Positions 1-9,951 of a stretch of DNA of 64,000 nucleotides are shown here, one piece after another. Numbering within the stretch: position 1 is the stretch's first letter; every line of letters begins with the position of its first letter. A program made the position numbers and the translations under genes. This DNA comes from Aestuariivita sp. Lineage in GTDB: Bacteria > Pseudomonadota > Alphaproteobacteria > Rhodobacterales > Rhodobacteraceae. The stretch is taken from positions 1,207,857 through 1,271,856 of the forward strand of contig JAGYKE010000004.1 of the NCBI GenBank assembly GCA_018401465.1, read 5' to 3'. The notes under the pieces were generated by a model. That model saw only the letters and a list, made by a program, of their open reading frames with translations. It was not told the DNA's origin and did not search any database.

Positions 1-202
1 CCGGGTGCCGCTGCACACGCTGCGCGCCGACATCGACTATGCGCTGGCCGAAGCCTCGACCCCCTATGGGATCATCGGCGTCAAGGTCTGGATCTTCAAG
101 GGCGAGATCATGGAGCACGATCCCAGTGCCCGCGACCGCAAGGCCCAGGAGCTTCAGGATGGCCCGGCACCTCGCGGTGCGATGGGCGGCGGCCGCCGGT
201 AA
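1..202 (+). CDS. rpsC: 30S ribosomal protein S3, C-terminal fragment (gene starts upstream of window)
   Basis: Reading from the window edge gives ...[27 protein letters not shown]..., the conserved S3 C-terminus. rplP follows 12 nt later, as in the S10 operon. Confidence 0.85.
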   Translation, partial: RVPLHTLRADIDYALAEASTPYGIIGVKVWIFKGEIMEHDPSARDRKAQELQDGPAPRGAMGGGRR

Positions 203-214
203 GGAGACAGGATC

Positions 215-628
215 ATGCTGCAACCAAAGCGCACGAAATTCCGCAAGCAGTTCAAGGGCCGCATCCATGGCGAAGCCAAGGGCGGAAGCGATCTGAACTT
301 CGGAACCTTCGGACTGAAGGCGCTCGAACCCGAACGCGTCACCGCGCGCCAGATCGAGGCTGCCCGCCGCGCTCTGACCCGCCACATGAAGCGTCAGGGC
401 CGCGTCTGGATCCGTATTTTCCCGGACGTGCCCGTCACGTCGAAGCCCACCGAAGTCCGGATGGGTAAGGGTAAGGGTTCGGTCGATTTCTGGGCCTGCA
501 AGGTCAAGCCCGGGCGCGTCATGTTCGAGGTCGATGGCGTCGGCGAAGACATCGCGCGCGAGGCCCTGCGCCTTGCTGCGATGAAGCTGCCGATCAAGAC
601 CCGCGTGGTCGTTCGCGAAGACTGGTAA
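215..628 (+). CDS. rplP: 50S ribosomal protein L16
   Basis: 137 aa starting [19 protein letters not shown], the canonical L16 N-terminus. AAGGAGA Shine-Dalgarno lies upstream. Confidence 0.97.
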   Translation: MLQPKRTKFRKQFKGRIHGEAKGGSDLNFGTFGLKALEPERVTARQIEAARRALTRHMKRQGRVWIRIFPDVPVTSKPTEVRMGKGKGSVDFWACKVKPGRVMFEVDGVGEDIAREALRLAAMKLPIKTRVVVREDW

Positions 629-677
629 GTCCGGGGCCGCGGTTGTTCGCAGAACAATCGGGTCACGACAGAACACG

Positions 678-710
678 AAACCCGCGCCGGGAGACCGGCG
701 CGGGTTTTCT
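678..710. terminator. Intrinsic-terminator-like hairpin between convergent rplP and the M20 peptidase gene
   Basis: aaacccgcgccgg-gaga-ccggcgcgggttt forms a 13-bp stem, followed by ttct on the + strand. It abuts the stop of the minus-strand gene. Confidence 0.6.
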
Positions 711-1840
711 CATTCAAGCCGCAAAAGCAGGCCGGCAAGCAGCCGCGCGCGTTCGGGCAGGCTGTCCACGTCGATATGTTCGCTCAGCGTGTGCAGGCCA
801 CGGCCGCGTACGCCCAGCCCGTCGAGCGTGGCGATCCCCATGGCCCCGGTGAAGTTCCCGTCCGATCCGCCGCCCGCGCTGGCGCAGGGCAGATCGAAAC
901 CGATTTCGCCCGCGATCTCGCGCGCAAGGTCGTACATCGCCATCGTGCCGGGCTGATCCGGTTCCCAGACGGGGCGCGTGACGCCGCGCGTGACCTCAAA
1001 AACGACGTCGTCCGCCTCGCCCGCCAGCGCCAGCATCCGCGCAACGCCGTCGTCGAGGTCTTCTTGCCGCTTCGCCATGCTCAGCGCCTCGGCATCGCAG
1101 CTGGACGACACGCAGTTCACCCATTGCCCCGCATGAATCACGCCCACGCTGAAGGTGCAGTCCGGACCTGACATCGCCTCGATTTCAAGGATGCGGCGCG
1201 CCATCGCGGCGATGGCCGACCGACCATCGGCCAGCCGCGCGCCGGCATGGCTTGGCCGTCCGATGGTGCGCAGGTTGTAACGCGCGATCGCATAGCGTCC
1301 GATCGTGACGCCGCCATCGGGATGCGCGGGTTCGGGCACCAGAACATATCTGTTGCGCGCGGCCTCGGCCTCGATCAAGGCGCGGGTGGATGGCGTGCCG
1401 ACCTCTTCGTCGGGCGTGAACAGGATCGTGACCGGCAGGGGCGTTGTCAGACCCGCGCGCGCGATCTGGCGCAGCGCCTCGACCGCGCTGTAATTTCCGC
1501 CCTTCATGTCCTGAATGCCGGGACCGTAGCAGATGTCGCCCTCGCGCCGGAAGGGGAGCTTTGCCAGCGTGCCCACCGGGTGCACCGTGTCCATGTGCCC
1601 GGCGATCAGGATGCCGGGCTGACCGGCATCCCGGTGGGGCAGGCGCACCCGCAGGCTGTCGCCGAAGCCCATGCGCCCGGGGATGCGTTCGACCAGACCC
1701 ATCTGCGACAGGTCATAGGCCGCGACGCTCATCATCCGGTTTACGGCGGCGGCGTCGAAGGTGGGGCTTTCGCATTCGATCCAGGGGCGCAGGCCCGCCA
1801 GCATCGCATCGACGTCAAAGGGAAGATCAAGATGGGACAT
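710..1840 (-). CDS. M20 family metallopeptidase (carboxypeptidase G2-like)
   Basis: Motifs HMDTVHP, GPGIQDMKGG and FTPDEEVGT. Start reset to MSHLDLPF (ATG 1840); the upstream part of the track ORF is Arg/Pro/Cys-rich junk. Confidence 0.85.
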   Translation of the reverse strand: MSHLDLPFDVDAMLAGLRPWIECESPTFDAAAVNRMMSVAAYDLSQMGLVERIPGRMGFGDSLRVRLPHRDAGQPGILIAGHMDTVHPVGTLAKLPFRREGDICYGPGIQDMKGGNYSAVEALRQIARAGLTTPLPVTILFTPDEEVGTPSTRALIEAEAARNRYVLVPEPAHPDGGVTIGRYAIARYNLRTIGRPSHAGARLADGRSAIAAMARRILEIEAMSGPDCTFSVGVIHAGQWVNCVSSSCDAEALSMAKRQEDLDDGVARMLALAGEADDVVFEVTRGVTRPVWEPDQPGTMAMYDLAREIAGEIGFDLPCASAGGGSDGNFTGAMGIATLDGLGVRGRGLHTLSEHIDVDSLPERARLLAGLLLRLE

Positions 1841-1845
1841 GGCGC

Positions 1846-3015
1846 TCACGCGGCTGGGGCCAGACGGCGTTCCACGATCCGTGCAAGGATCGAGGCACCG
1901 ACAGGCAGGATGGCAGGGTCGAGCACATAGCCCGGGTTGTGCACCGGTACGGTGCCGGCATGGCCAAGTGTGCAATAGGCCCCCGGGACGGCACGCAGCA
2001 TGTCGGCGAAGTCTTCAGAACCTGTCACGGGCTCTTTTCGCTCCGTGACATTGTCGCTGCCCACGATGTCGCCTGCGGCCTCCATATAGGCGTCGGACAG
2101 GTCGGCGTCGTTTTCCAGCACGTTGAAGATGTTGCGCAGGTCAAGCCGGATCTCGACGCCATAGGCCACGGCGATCCCGTCGCAAAGTTCCTGCATCCGC
2201 CGTTCGGCCAAGGCGCAGACCTCGTCCTTGAAATAGCGGATCGTGCCTGCCAGCGTCGCGGTGTCGGGCACCACGTTATAGGCCGATCCCGAATGGATCT
2301 GCGTGACCGACACGACGCAGGCGTCCAGCGGCGCGATGTTGCGCGATACGATGGTCTGGATCTGGCCCACAAGGGCGCTGGCCACGATCAGGGGGTCGCG
2401 GCTGTCCTGCGGCATGGCACCGTGGCTGCCCTTGCCCTTCACATGGATGTCGAAAAAGCTGGCCCCCGCCATCGCCGCGCCCTTCACGATGCCGAACTTG
2501 CCGGGTGCGCCGTTCGGCCAGTTGTGCATGCCGTAGATTTCATCGCAGGGGAAGCGGTCGAAAAGGCCATCGGCCAGCATGCCGCGCGCGCCGCCAAGCC
2601 CCTCTTCCGCGGGCTGGAAGATCAGCACGGCGGTGCCCGCGAAATCGCGGGTTTCCGCCAAGTGCCGCGCCGCGCCCAGAAGCATGGTGGTGTGCCCGTC
2701 ATGGCCGCAGGCATGCATGACACCCGGCTTGGTCGAGGCATAGGGCAGGCCGGTCTCCTCGTGGATCGGCAGGGCATCCAAGTCGGCGCGCAGGCCCACA
2801 CGGCGGTTGCCGTCGCCCTTGCCCCGGATCAGCGCCACAACGCCGGTTTGGCCGATGCCTTCATGCACCTCGTCTACCCCATAGGCGCGCAGCTTTTCCG
2901 CCACCACGGCGGCGGTGCGGGTTTCGGTGAAGCCGATTTCGGGGTTGGCGTGAAGGTCCTTGAAGATGGCTTCCAGTTCGGACCGGGCCTGTTCGATGGC
3001 GGGCAGGATATTCAT
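1846..3015 (-). CDS. M20D family amidohydrolase (hippurate hydrolase / N-acyl-amino-acid amidohydrolase-like)
   Basis: 389 aa with HANPEIGF, MHACGHDGHT and QPAEEG motifs typical of M20D amidohydrolases. Confidence 0.9.
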   Translation of the reverse strand: MNILPAIEQARSELEAIFKDLHANPEIGFTETRTAAVVAEKLRAYGVDEVHEGIGQTGVVALIRGKGDGNRRVGLRADLDALPIHEETGLPYASTKPGVMHACGHDGHTTMLLGAARHLAETRDFAGTAVLIFQPAEEGLGGARGMLADGLFDRFPCDEIYGMHNWPNGAPGKFGIVKGAAMAGASFFDIHVKGKGSHGAMPQDSRDPLIVASALVGQIQTIVSRNIAPLDACVVSVTQIHSGSAYNVVPDTATLAGTIRYFKDEVCALAERRMQELCDGIAVAYGVEIRLDLRNIFNVLENDADLSDAYMEAAGDIVGSDNVTERKEPVTGSEDFADMLRAVPGAYCTLGHAGTVPVHNPGYVLDPAILPVGASILARIVERRLAPAA

Positions 3016-3018
3016 GTC

Positions 3019-4659
3019 TCAGCTTCCTTGGGCGGCGGCGGGGGCGATTTCGGACCCGAATGTCATGCCTTGCCCCGGCGCTGCGTCCAGAAGAAGGCGG
3101 GTATAGGGGTGCTGCGGGTTCTGATAGACTGCGCGCGTGGGTCCGTGTTCCACGATCACGCCCTTCTGCATCACGATAAGCCGGTCGCAGATCTGGGCCG
3201 CGACGCGCAGGTCATGGGTGATGAACAGCATGGCAAGGTTGTATTTCACCCGGATATCGTCAAGCAGCTTCAACACCTGCGCCTGCACGCTGACGTCGAG
3301 CGCCGAGACCGCCTCGTCCGCGATCAGAACCTCGGGTTCCACCGCCAGCGCGCGGGCAATGCAGATGCGCTGACGCTGCCCGCCCGAGAACTGGTGCGGA
3401 TAACGTTCGAGCGCGTCGCCTGACAGGCCCACCAGCTCCATCAGGTCGCGCGCGATCTTCAGCGCCTGCGCCTCGGCCATGCCGAAGTTCATCGGGGCCT
3501 CGACCAGCGACTGCCCGATGGTCCGCCGGGGGTTGAGCGAACGATACGGGTCCTGGAAGACGATCTGCACCTTGCGTCGGTGCGGGCGCAGCTGCGACTG
3601 GGAGATCGTCGCGATTTCCGTGCCGTGCAGGCTGATCGATCCCGACGTGGGATCGATCAGCCGCGCGATGCAGCGCGCGACAGTCGACTTGCCCGATCCG
3701 CTTTCGCCCACGATGCCCAGGGTTTCGCCCTTGCGGACCATCAGATCGACATCCTGCACGGCGTGAACGATCCGGTCTTTCGAGAGCCAGCTTGTCTTGC
3801 CGTAGACCTTGTTCAGGGTCTTTACCTCGACCGCGGTCTCACCGGTCTTGGCGCTGCGCTCGGGCGGCGTCATCGACGGGACCGAGGCCATGAGCATCTG
3901 GGTATAGGGCGCCTTCGGTCGGCGCAGCACGTCATCGCGGTCGCCGTATTCGACGATGCGCCCGTGCTGCATGACGACGATGCGGTCGGCGATTTCTGCC
4001 ACCACGCCGAAGTCATGCGTGATGAACAGAACGCCCGTGCCGCGGCGTTCCTGCATTTCCTTGATGAGCTTGAGGATCTGGGCCTGCGTCGTCACGTCGA
4101 GCGCCGTGGTCGGTTCGTCCGCAATCAGGAGTGCCGGGTCGAGCACAAGCGCCATTGCGATCATGATGCGCTGGCGCTGCCCGCCGGACAGCTGGTGTGG
4201 GAAGGCATCGACCATCTTTTCGGGGTCTGGTAGGTGGACGGCCTCCATGATCTCGATGGCGCGCTGCCGACGTTCGGCCGCTGTCATCGAGGTGTGGATT
4301 TCCAGCACTTCCGCGATCTGTTCGCCCACCCGCGTGACGGGGTTCAGCGCCGTCATCGGTTCCTGGAAGATCATCGCCATGCGCGTGCCGCGCAGGTCGC
4401 GCAGGCGGCTTTTCTCGGCAGTCAGCGTGTCTTCGCCCTGCAAGAGGGTCTTGCCCCCCTTGGGGCGCAGCGCGTCGGGCAGAAGGCCCATCACGGCAGA
4501 TGCCGTGACCGACTTGCCCGATCCGCTTTCGCCCACCACGCAGACGATCTCGCCCGGGGCGACGGTGAAGCTGATGTTCTCCACCGCGTTGGGGCGGTCG
4601 GCGTTCTTCGGCAGCGCGACGGTCAGACCGCTGACTTCGAGGACGTATTTCTGATCCAT
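3019..4659 (-). CDS. Peptide ABC transporter, fused double ATP-binding protein (DppD/DppF-like)
   Basis: Two Walker A motifs (GESGSGKS twice) and two signatures (LSGGQRQR, FSGGQRQR). Start reset to MDQKYVLEVSGL (ATG 4659). Confidence 0.92.
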   Translation of the reverse strand: MDQKYVLEVSGLTVALPKNADRPNAVENISFTVAPGEIVCVVGESGSGKSVTASAVMGLLPDALRPKGGKTLLQGEDTLTAEKSRLRDLRGTRMAMIFQEPMTALNPVTRVGEQIAEVLEIHTSMTAAERRQRAIEIMEAVHLPDPEKMVDAFPHQLSGGQRQRIMIAMALVLDPALLIADEPTTALDVTTQAQILKLIKEMQERRGTGVLFITHDFGVVAEIADRIVVMQHGRIVEYGDRDDVLRRPKAPYTQMLMASVPSMTPPERSAKTGETAVEVKTLNKVYGKTSWLSKDRIVHAVQDVDLMVRKGETLGIVGESGSGKSTVARCIARLIDPTSGSISLHGTEIATISQSQLRPHRRKVQIVFQDPYRSLNPRRTIGQSLVEAPMNFGMAEAQALKIARDLMELVGLSGDALERYPHQFSGGQRQRICIARALAVEPEVLIADEAVSALDVSVQAQVLKLLDDIRVKYNLAMLFITHDLRVAAQICDRLIVMQKGVIVEHGPTRAVYQNPQHPYTRLLLDAAPGQGMTFGSEIAPAAAQGS

Positions 4660-4669
4660 GCTTCTGACC

Positions 4670-5572
4670 TCACACGCGCTTTGCAAAGCGCGGGTCGAGC
4701 GTGTCGCGCAGTCCGTCACCCAGCATGTTCACGGCCAGAACGGTGATGGCCAGGATGATGCCGGGATACAGGATGTTGTGGGGGTAAAGCTGAAACACCG
4801 ACCGACCTTCCGCCATGATGTTGCCCCAGGTGGGTATTTCCGGCGGAATGCCGATGCCGAGAAAGCTCAGGATCGCCTCGACGATGATGGCAGAGGCCAC
4901 GATGAACGTGCCCTGCACGATCAGCGGCGCGATGGTGTTGGGCAGGACGTGGCGCACCAGAAGGGTGGGTGTGCGCGTGCCCGCGGTGATCGCGGCCTCG
5001 ACGTAAGGCTCTTCCCGGATCGACAGCACGATCGACCGCACAAGGCGCACGACCCTTGGAACTTCGGGCACGACGATGGCGATGATGACGCTGAGCAGGC
5101 CTGCGCTGAACAGCGACACGACCGCGATGGCCAGCAAGATCGCCGGGATCGCCATGAGCCCGTCCATCACCCGCATGATGATGCCGTCCAGCCAGCGCAC
5201 ATAGCCCGCCAGCACGCCGATCACCATGCCGATGACGATGGCGATGGTCGCGACCGACACGCCCACGATCAGCGAGATGCGCGCGCCATAGACCACGCGG
5301 CTGTAGACATCGCGGCCCAGAGTATCCGACCCCAGGCGGTATTCCACGGTGACCCGCTGACCGGTGTCGCGGTCGCGCACCGTGGTTTCATATCCCGGTG
5401 GCTGGTTGCGGTCTTTCGGTGAAATGCCGGATGGATCGCGCGTGCCCAGATAGGGAGCGAGAAGCGCCATGAGCACGACGAGAAGCACAAGAAAGCCGCC
5501 GAACATGACCGATGTGTTCTGCGCCATCCGGCGCATGGTTTGCCGGGCGGGTGAGATCGCGACGCTGGACAT
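4670..5572 (-). CDS. Peptide ABC transporter permease (DppC-like)
   Basis: 300-aa polytopic membrane protein of the BPD-transporter type. It lies between a DppB-like permease and the ATPase. Confidence 0.9.
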   Translation of the reverse strand: MSSVAISPARQTMRRMAQNTSVMFGGFLVLLVVLMALLAPYLGTRDPSGISPKDRNQPPGYETTVRDRDTGQRVTVEYRLGSDTLGRDVYSRVVYGARISLIVGVSVATIAIVIGMVIGVLAGYVRWLDGIIMRVMDGLMAIPAILLAIAVVSLFSAGLLSVIIAIVVPEVPRVVRLVRSIVLSIREEPYVEAAITAGTRTPTLLVRHVLPNTIAPLIVQGTFIVASAIIVEAILSFLGIGIPPEIPTWGNIMAEGRSVFQLYPHNILYPGIILAITVLAVNMLGDGLRDTLDPRFAKRV

Positions 5573-6513
5573 CAGTAGCGGATCCTCGGGTCAAGCAGGG
5601 TATAGCTCACGTCGATGATCAGGTTGATCAGGACGTAGATGAAGGAGAACAGCAGGATCACGGCCTGGATCGTGGGGAAATCGCGGGCCAGCACCGCCTC
5701 GACCGTCAGAAGGCCAAGGCCGGGGATGGTGAAGACCGATTCCGTCACCACGACGCCTCCGATCAGCACGGCGAAGGACAGGCCGATCACCGTGACGATG
5801 GGCACGGCGGCGTTGCGCAGCGCGTGGCGCATCAGCACGCGGGTTTCCGTCTGGCCCTTGGCGCGGGCGGTGCGGACGTAATCTTCGCCCAGAACCTCGA
5901 GCACGCTGGTGCGGGTCATGCGGGCGATGAAGGCGACGAAGATGACCGACAGCGCGATTGAGGGCAGGATCAGGCGATAAAGCCAGCCGCCGACGCCTTC
6001 GCTGATGCGTTGGTATCCCTGCACCGGCAGCCAGCCCAGCTGGACCGAGAAGACGTAGATCAGCGCATATCCGATCACGAAGACCGGCAGCGAAAAGCCC
6101 AGAACCGAGAAGCCCATGATGCCCCGGTCGATCCAGCTGCCCTGCTTGTAGGCGGCAAGCGTGCCCAGCGGCACGGCGATCACCACGGTCAGAATGATGG
6201 TCAGGATCGACAGCGACAGCGTGGGTTCCAGCCGCGCCGCGATCAATTCGCTGACTTCTTTCTTGTAGAAGAAGCTTTCGCCGAAATCGCCCTGGAACAT
6301 GTTGCCCAGCCAGATCACGAATTGTGTCGCGATCGGTTGGTCAAGCCCGAGGCTTTCGCGGATCTGCGCGACCTGCTCGGCGTTTGCGTAGTCGCCCGCG
6401 ATGATCGTGGCGGGGTCGCCGGGGGTCAGGCGCAGCAGCAGGAAGATGAAGATGGCGACTATCAGCATCACCGGAATGGTCGCAATCACACGCCGCAACA
6501 GGTAGGAGGCCAT
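5572..6513 (-). CDS. Peptide ABC transporter permease (DppB-like)
   Basis: N-terminus MASYLLRRVIATIPVMLIV...LTPGDPA is the typical DppB/OppB start. There is a 1-nt stop/start overlap with the next permease. Confidence 0.9.
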   Translation of the reverse strand: MASYLLRRVIATIPVMLIVAIFIFLLLRLTPGDPATIIAGDYANAEQVAQIRESLGLDQPIATQFVIWLGNMFQGDFGESFFYKKEVSELIAARLEPTLSLSILTIILTVVIAVPLGTLAAYKQGSWIDRGIMGFSVLGFSLPVFVIGYALIYVFSVQLGWLPVQGYQRISEGVGGWLYRLILPSIALSVIFVAFIARMTRTSVLEVLGEDYVRTARAKGQTETRVLMRHALRNAAVPIVTVIGLSFAVLIGGVVVTESVFTIPGLGLLTVEAVLARDFPTIQAVILLFSFIYVLINLIIDVSYTLLDPRIRY

Positions 6514-6593
6514 GTCAGGTTCACCGCTGTCTGAGGAAAGACAAATCCGGCGGCGCACGACAAGGCGCGCCGCCGGTGATCACTGACGGATCG

Positions 6594-8189
6594 TCAGTTC
6601 TTCTCGATGTTCCAGAACGTCGCAGCGCCGGTCGGGAGAACGCCCGAGACGTTGTTCCGCATTGCGGCGCGACCGGTCCACTGACCCAGGTGGATGTGGG
6701 TCGGGTAATCGTACCACGCAGCCTGGACTTCATCGACGATCTTCTTCTGCTCTTCGACCGAGGTCGCGCGCGCGAAGGCATCACGCAGGCTTTCGATCCG
6801 CTCGTCGCAGGGCCAGCCGAACAGCGCGGTGTCGCAGCTTGAGTTCAGGAAGGCTGCGGCGACGGGGTTGAAGAGGTCGCCCGTGGTCCACGACGTGATG
6901 AAGGCGTTCCAGCCACCTTCGGCCGGGCTTTCCTTCTTCGCACGGCGCGCGACCAGCGTCTGCCAGTCCATCGACTGCATGTCGACGTTCAGGCCCACGG
7001 CTTCCATCAGATCCTTGGCGACGGGCGCCAGGTTCGTCAGAACAGCAAGGTCGGTCGAATGCATCAGCAGGATCGGCTCACCGTTATAGCCCGACTCGGC
7101 GATCAGCTGGCGTGCCTTTTCGAAGTTCGATTCCAGCAGGCCATCCATTGCCGCGGTCGATTCGAACGGCATGCCGCACCCGAACAGCGCCTTGCAGAGC
7201 TGGTAGTATTCCGGGTCACCCACAACCGCCTGGACGAAGTCTTCCTGGTTGAAGGCATAGAGCAGCGCCTGGCGCATCTTCGGGTTGTCGAAGGGCGGGT
7301 GCAGGACGTTGAAGCGGAAGGTGAACTGGTTGCCCGACGGGTTGAAGTCGGTCAGCGTCAGGTTCGGGTCGTCCTTGACCAGCGGAAGAAGGTCGTGGGA
7401 CACGGCTTCGATATAGTCGATCTCGCCCGCTTTGAGCGCGTTGACCGCCTGCTGCTGGTCGCGGATCGGCAGCCATTCGACGCGGTCGACCTTGGCGATC
7501 TTGCCGCCGGCAAGGCCCGATGCGGGCTCGGAGCGCGGCACGTAGCCGTCGAACTTGTCATAGACGACCTTGGTGCCGGGTTCCCACAGGTCCTGACGGA
7601 ACACGAACGGTCCCGAACCGGTGTAATCCGAGATCTGCTCGGACGAGGGCGTCATCGCCACGCGCTCGGGCATCATGAACGGCACGTTCGAGCTGGGCTT
7701 GGCCAGCGCCAGCGTGACGAGACCCGTGGGTGCGTTCAAAGTGAACTTGATGGTCTTGGCATCGACGGCTTCGATCGATGAGACGAAGCTCATCATCTTC
7801 TGGCCCATCGCGTCCTTCGATCCCCAGCGGTTGATCGAGGCGACGCAATCCGCCGCCGTGACCGGGGCGCCATCGTGCCAGATCAGGCCGTCGCGTAGCG
7901 TCATCGTGACGGTCAGGCCATCGTCGGACGTGGTGACCGTATCCACCATCTGCGGCTGAACATTGCCTGCTTCGTCCAGCGCAAACAGCGTATCATAGAT
8001 CATGTAGCCGTGGTTGCGCGACATGTAGGCCGTGGTCCAGATCGGATCGAGGATCTTCACGTCCGAGTGCGGAACGGCGCGCAGAACGGTTTCAGCCTGT
8101 GCCGCAGACCCCGAGAAGGTCATGCCCAGGCCAAGTACCACCGCGGCCACGGCGCCGCAGATTGCGCTGCGTCGTGATGTTTTGAACAT
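6594..8189 (-). CDS. ABC transporter substrate-binding protein, family 5 (peptide/nickel type)
   Basis: 531 aa with a signal peptide (...SGSAAQAETV). Size and position upstream of the DppBC-like permeases fit a family-5 SBP. Confidence 0.9.
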   Translation of the reverse strand: MFKTSRRSAICGAVAAVVLGLGMTFSGSAAQAETVLRAVPHSDVKILDPIWTTAYMSRNHGYMIYDTLFALDEAGNVQPQMVDTVTTSDDGLTVTMTLRDGLIWHDGAPVTAADCVASINRWGSKDAMGQKMMSFVSSIEAVDAKTIKFTLNAPTGLVTLALAKPSSNVPFMMPERVAMTPSSEQISDYTGSGPFVFRQDLWEPGTKVVYDKFDGYVPRSEPASGLAGGKIAKVDRVEWLPIRDQQQAVNALKAGEIDYIEAVSHDLLPLVKDDPNLTLTDFNPSGNQFTFRFNVLHPPFDNPKMRQALLYAFNQEDFVQAVVGDPEYYQLCKALFGCGMPFESTAAMDGLLESNFEKARQLIAESGYNGEPILLMHSTDLAVLTNLAPVAKDLMEAVGLNVDMQSMDWQTLVARRAKKESPAEGGWNAFITSWTTGDLFNPVAAAFLNSSCDTALFGWPCDERIESLRDAFARATSVEEQKKIVDEVQAAWYDYPTHIHLGQWTGRAAMRNNVSGVLPTGAATFWNIEKN

Positions 8190-8342
8190 ATCAGTCTCCC
8201 TGTCGATTTTTCGCGCAACTTACGTGCGCTGCGTCAACTATTCGGCAGAGAGGGGCACGAGTCAAACGTTGATATGTTCACTAACCGCTTGCCCCGGTCC
8301 GGGCGATGAAGCCTTGGGCGGCGAGGCTGGGCTTACGCTGCG

Positions 8343-9791
8343 TCAGGGAAAGGGGTTTTCCACCTTGGGCCAGTAGTTCGGATTGCGCTTTGTATAGGGG
8401 ATATTCGCGTAATCCGGGGTGATGGCACCCGGCCCGGAGATGTAGATGACCTCGGACGCGATGGGGGCAAATCCCGCGTGGAAATGCTGCGACGACTTGA
8501 CCACGATGATTCGCATGCTCGACAGGTCGAGCCCCAGATCGGTGAAGCACATCGGGTGGAAGGCCTGCGTGCGCCGGTCACTCAGAACCATGTGGACGCC
8601 GTCGGCTTCCAGCCAGACGCCGGTGCCCATGGGCATGGTGCCTTCGCCCATCTTCTGGACCATCTTCTCACGCACGCCGCGCACGGTCACCGACAGGTCG
8701 ATGGGGTCGCCCGACATCTGGCCCACCTTGCCGCCAAGGCGTACCTGCATCGTGGCGCCGACGCCCGCATCCTGACACATGCGCACCACGACCGGATCCC
8801 AGAAGATGCCGATGGCCACGTCGCGCAGCCCCCGGTCGAGGATGTCGCGCAGAACGAAGGTCGAATCGGCGGGCGCCCCGCCGCCCGCGTTGTCGGCGAA
8901 GTCGGCGAGCACCACCGGCGTTGCATTCGCCGCCACCGCGCGGTCGACCGCCCCGCCGATATCGGGCCAGTCGATCTTGATCTGATCGCGCAGGGACCAC
9001 AGCTTTTCACCGAATTCGCGCGCGACCGCTTCGGCCTTGTCCGCATCGCCGTCGGCGATGGCGAGCATCCGCGTGCCCACGCGCGCGCAGTCGCCCCAGG
9101 GAAAGCCGTGGCTCAGCGACAGCGACAGGACGCCGTCCTGCCCTTCGCGCGCCTGCATGTCGTCGACGAAGCCGCGCATAGGTGCGCGCGTCGTGTGATA
9201 CATCGCGATCATCCGGCAGTCGTAGTCGCGCATCACGGGCCGGATCTTGCCTTCGGCCGTGTCGGCGGCCAGCTGGAACAGCTCGCGCGCCCGCAGATGG
9301 CCGTCGGTATGGGGATATTCCTTGTACGAGATGATCAGGTTGGCGGCGTCCAGCATCTCTTGCGTGAGGTGATTGTGCGGGTCGATTTCCAGCCCGATCA
9401 CCCGGTCGCGGCCCAGGATCGCACGGGCGCGGGTCAGCAGATCACCTTCGCAATCGTCATAGCCTTCTGCGATCATCGCGCCGTGCATCGACAGCAGCAG
9501 GATGTCGGGCATGGCCTTTTCGATGTCGGCCAGGATTTCGTCGCGGTAGGTCTCGTAGGTGCTGCGGATCGTGGGCCCCGCAGGCTGGGCGAAGGCGGAC
9601 AGGCTCTCAATCACGTCCCATCCGCGCGCTTCGGCCAAGGCGCGCCATTCGTGCTGGGGGGTCGAAAACAGGTTCGCGGGTTCGCGCGTCGCCTGCCGGC
9701 TGACGAAGCTTTCCTCGAAAGCCAGCCGCCCGGTGGGGATGGGGGAAAAGCTGTTGGTTTCGGTGGCAAGTCCCGCGATCAGGAGTTTCAT
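8343..9791 (-). CDS. M81 family metallopeptidase (MlrC / microcystinase C-like)
   Basis: 482 aa starting MKLLIAGLATETNSFSP, the characteristic MlrC N-terminal domain start. It is the first gene of the minus-strand peptide operon. Confidence 0.85.
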   Translation of the reverse strand: MKLLIAGLATETNSFSPIPTGRLAFEESFVSRQATREPANLFSTPQHEWRALAEARGWDVIESLSAFAQPAGPTIRSTYETYRDEILADIEKAMPDILLLSMHGAMIAEGYDDCEGDLLTRARAILGRDRVIGLEIDPHNHLTQEMLDAANLIISYKEYPHTDGHLRARELFQLAADTAEGKIRPVMRDYDCRMIAMYHTTRAPMRGFVDDMQAREGQDGVLSLSLSHGFPWGDCARVGTRMLAIADGDADKAEAVAREFGEKLWSLRDQIKIDWPDIGGAVDRAVAANATPVVLADFADNAGGGAPADSTFVLRDILDRGLRDVAIGIFWDPVVVRMCQDAGVGATMQVRLGGKVGQMSGDPIDLSVTVRGVREKMVQKMGEGTMPMGTGVWLEADGVHMVLSDRRTQAFHPMCFTDLGLDLSSMRIIVVKSSQHFHAGFAPIASEVIYISGPGAITPDYANIPYTKRNPNYWPKVENPFP

Positions 9792-9951
9792 GGCGCGCGT
9801 CCTTCAGTGCTTGTGTGGCCGTCGCGGCCACCCTAGGCGCGCATCCCGCGTCTTGTCCAAGGTTTCGATGGCACCGTTCTTGGCCCTTGTGCCAGCGTGC
9901 CCGGCTGCGGCAGGATTGCTGAACATGTCAAGCGATCCGGGGGAGGGGGCG

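Noticed and set aside
1444-3423. 659-aa plus-strand ORF
   Set aside because: It is antisense to the two M20 enzymes and the ABC ATPase, all of which have clear catalytic motifs on the minus strand.
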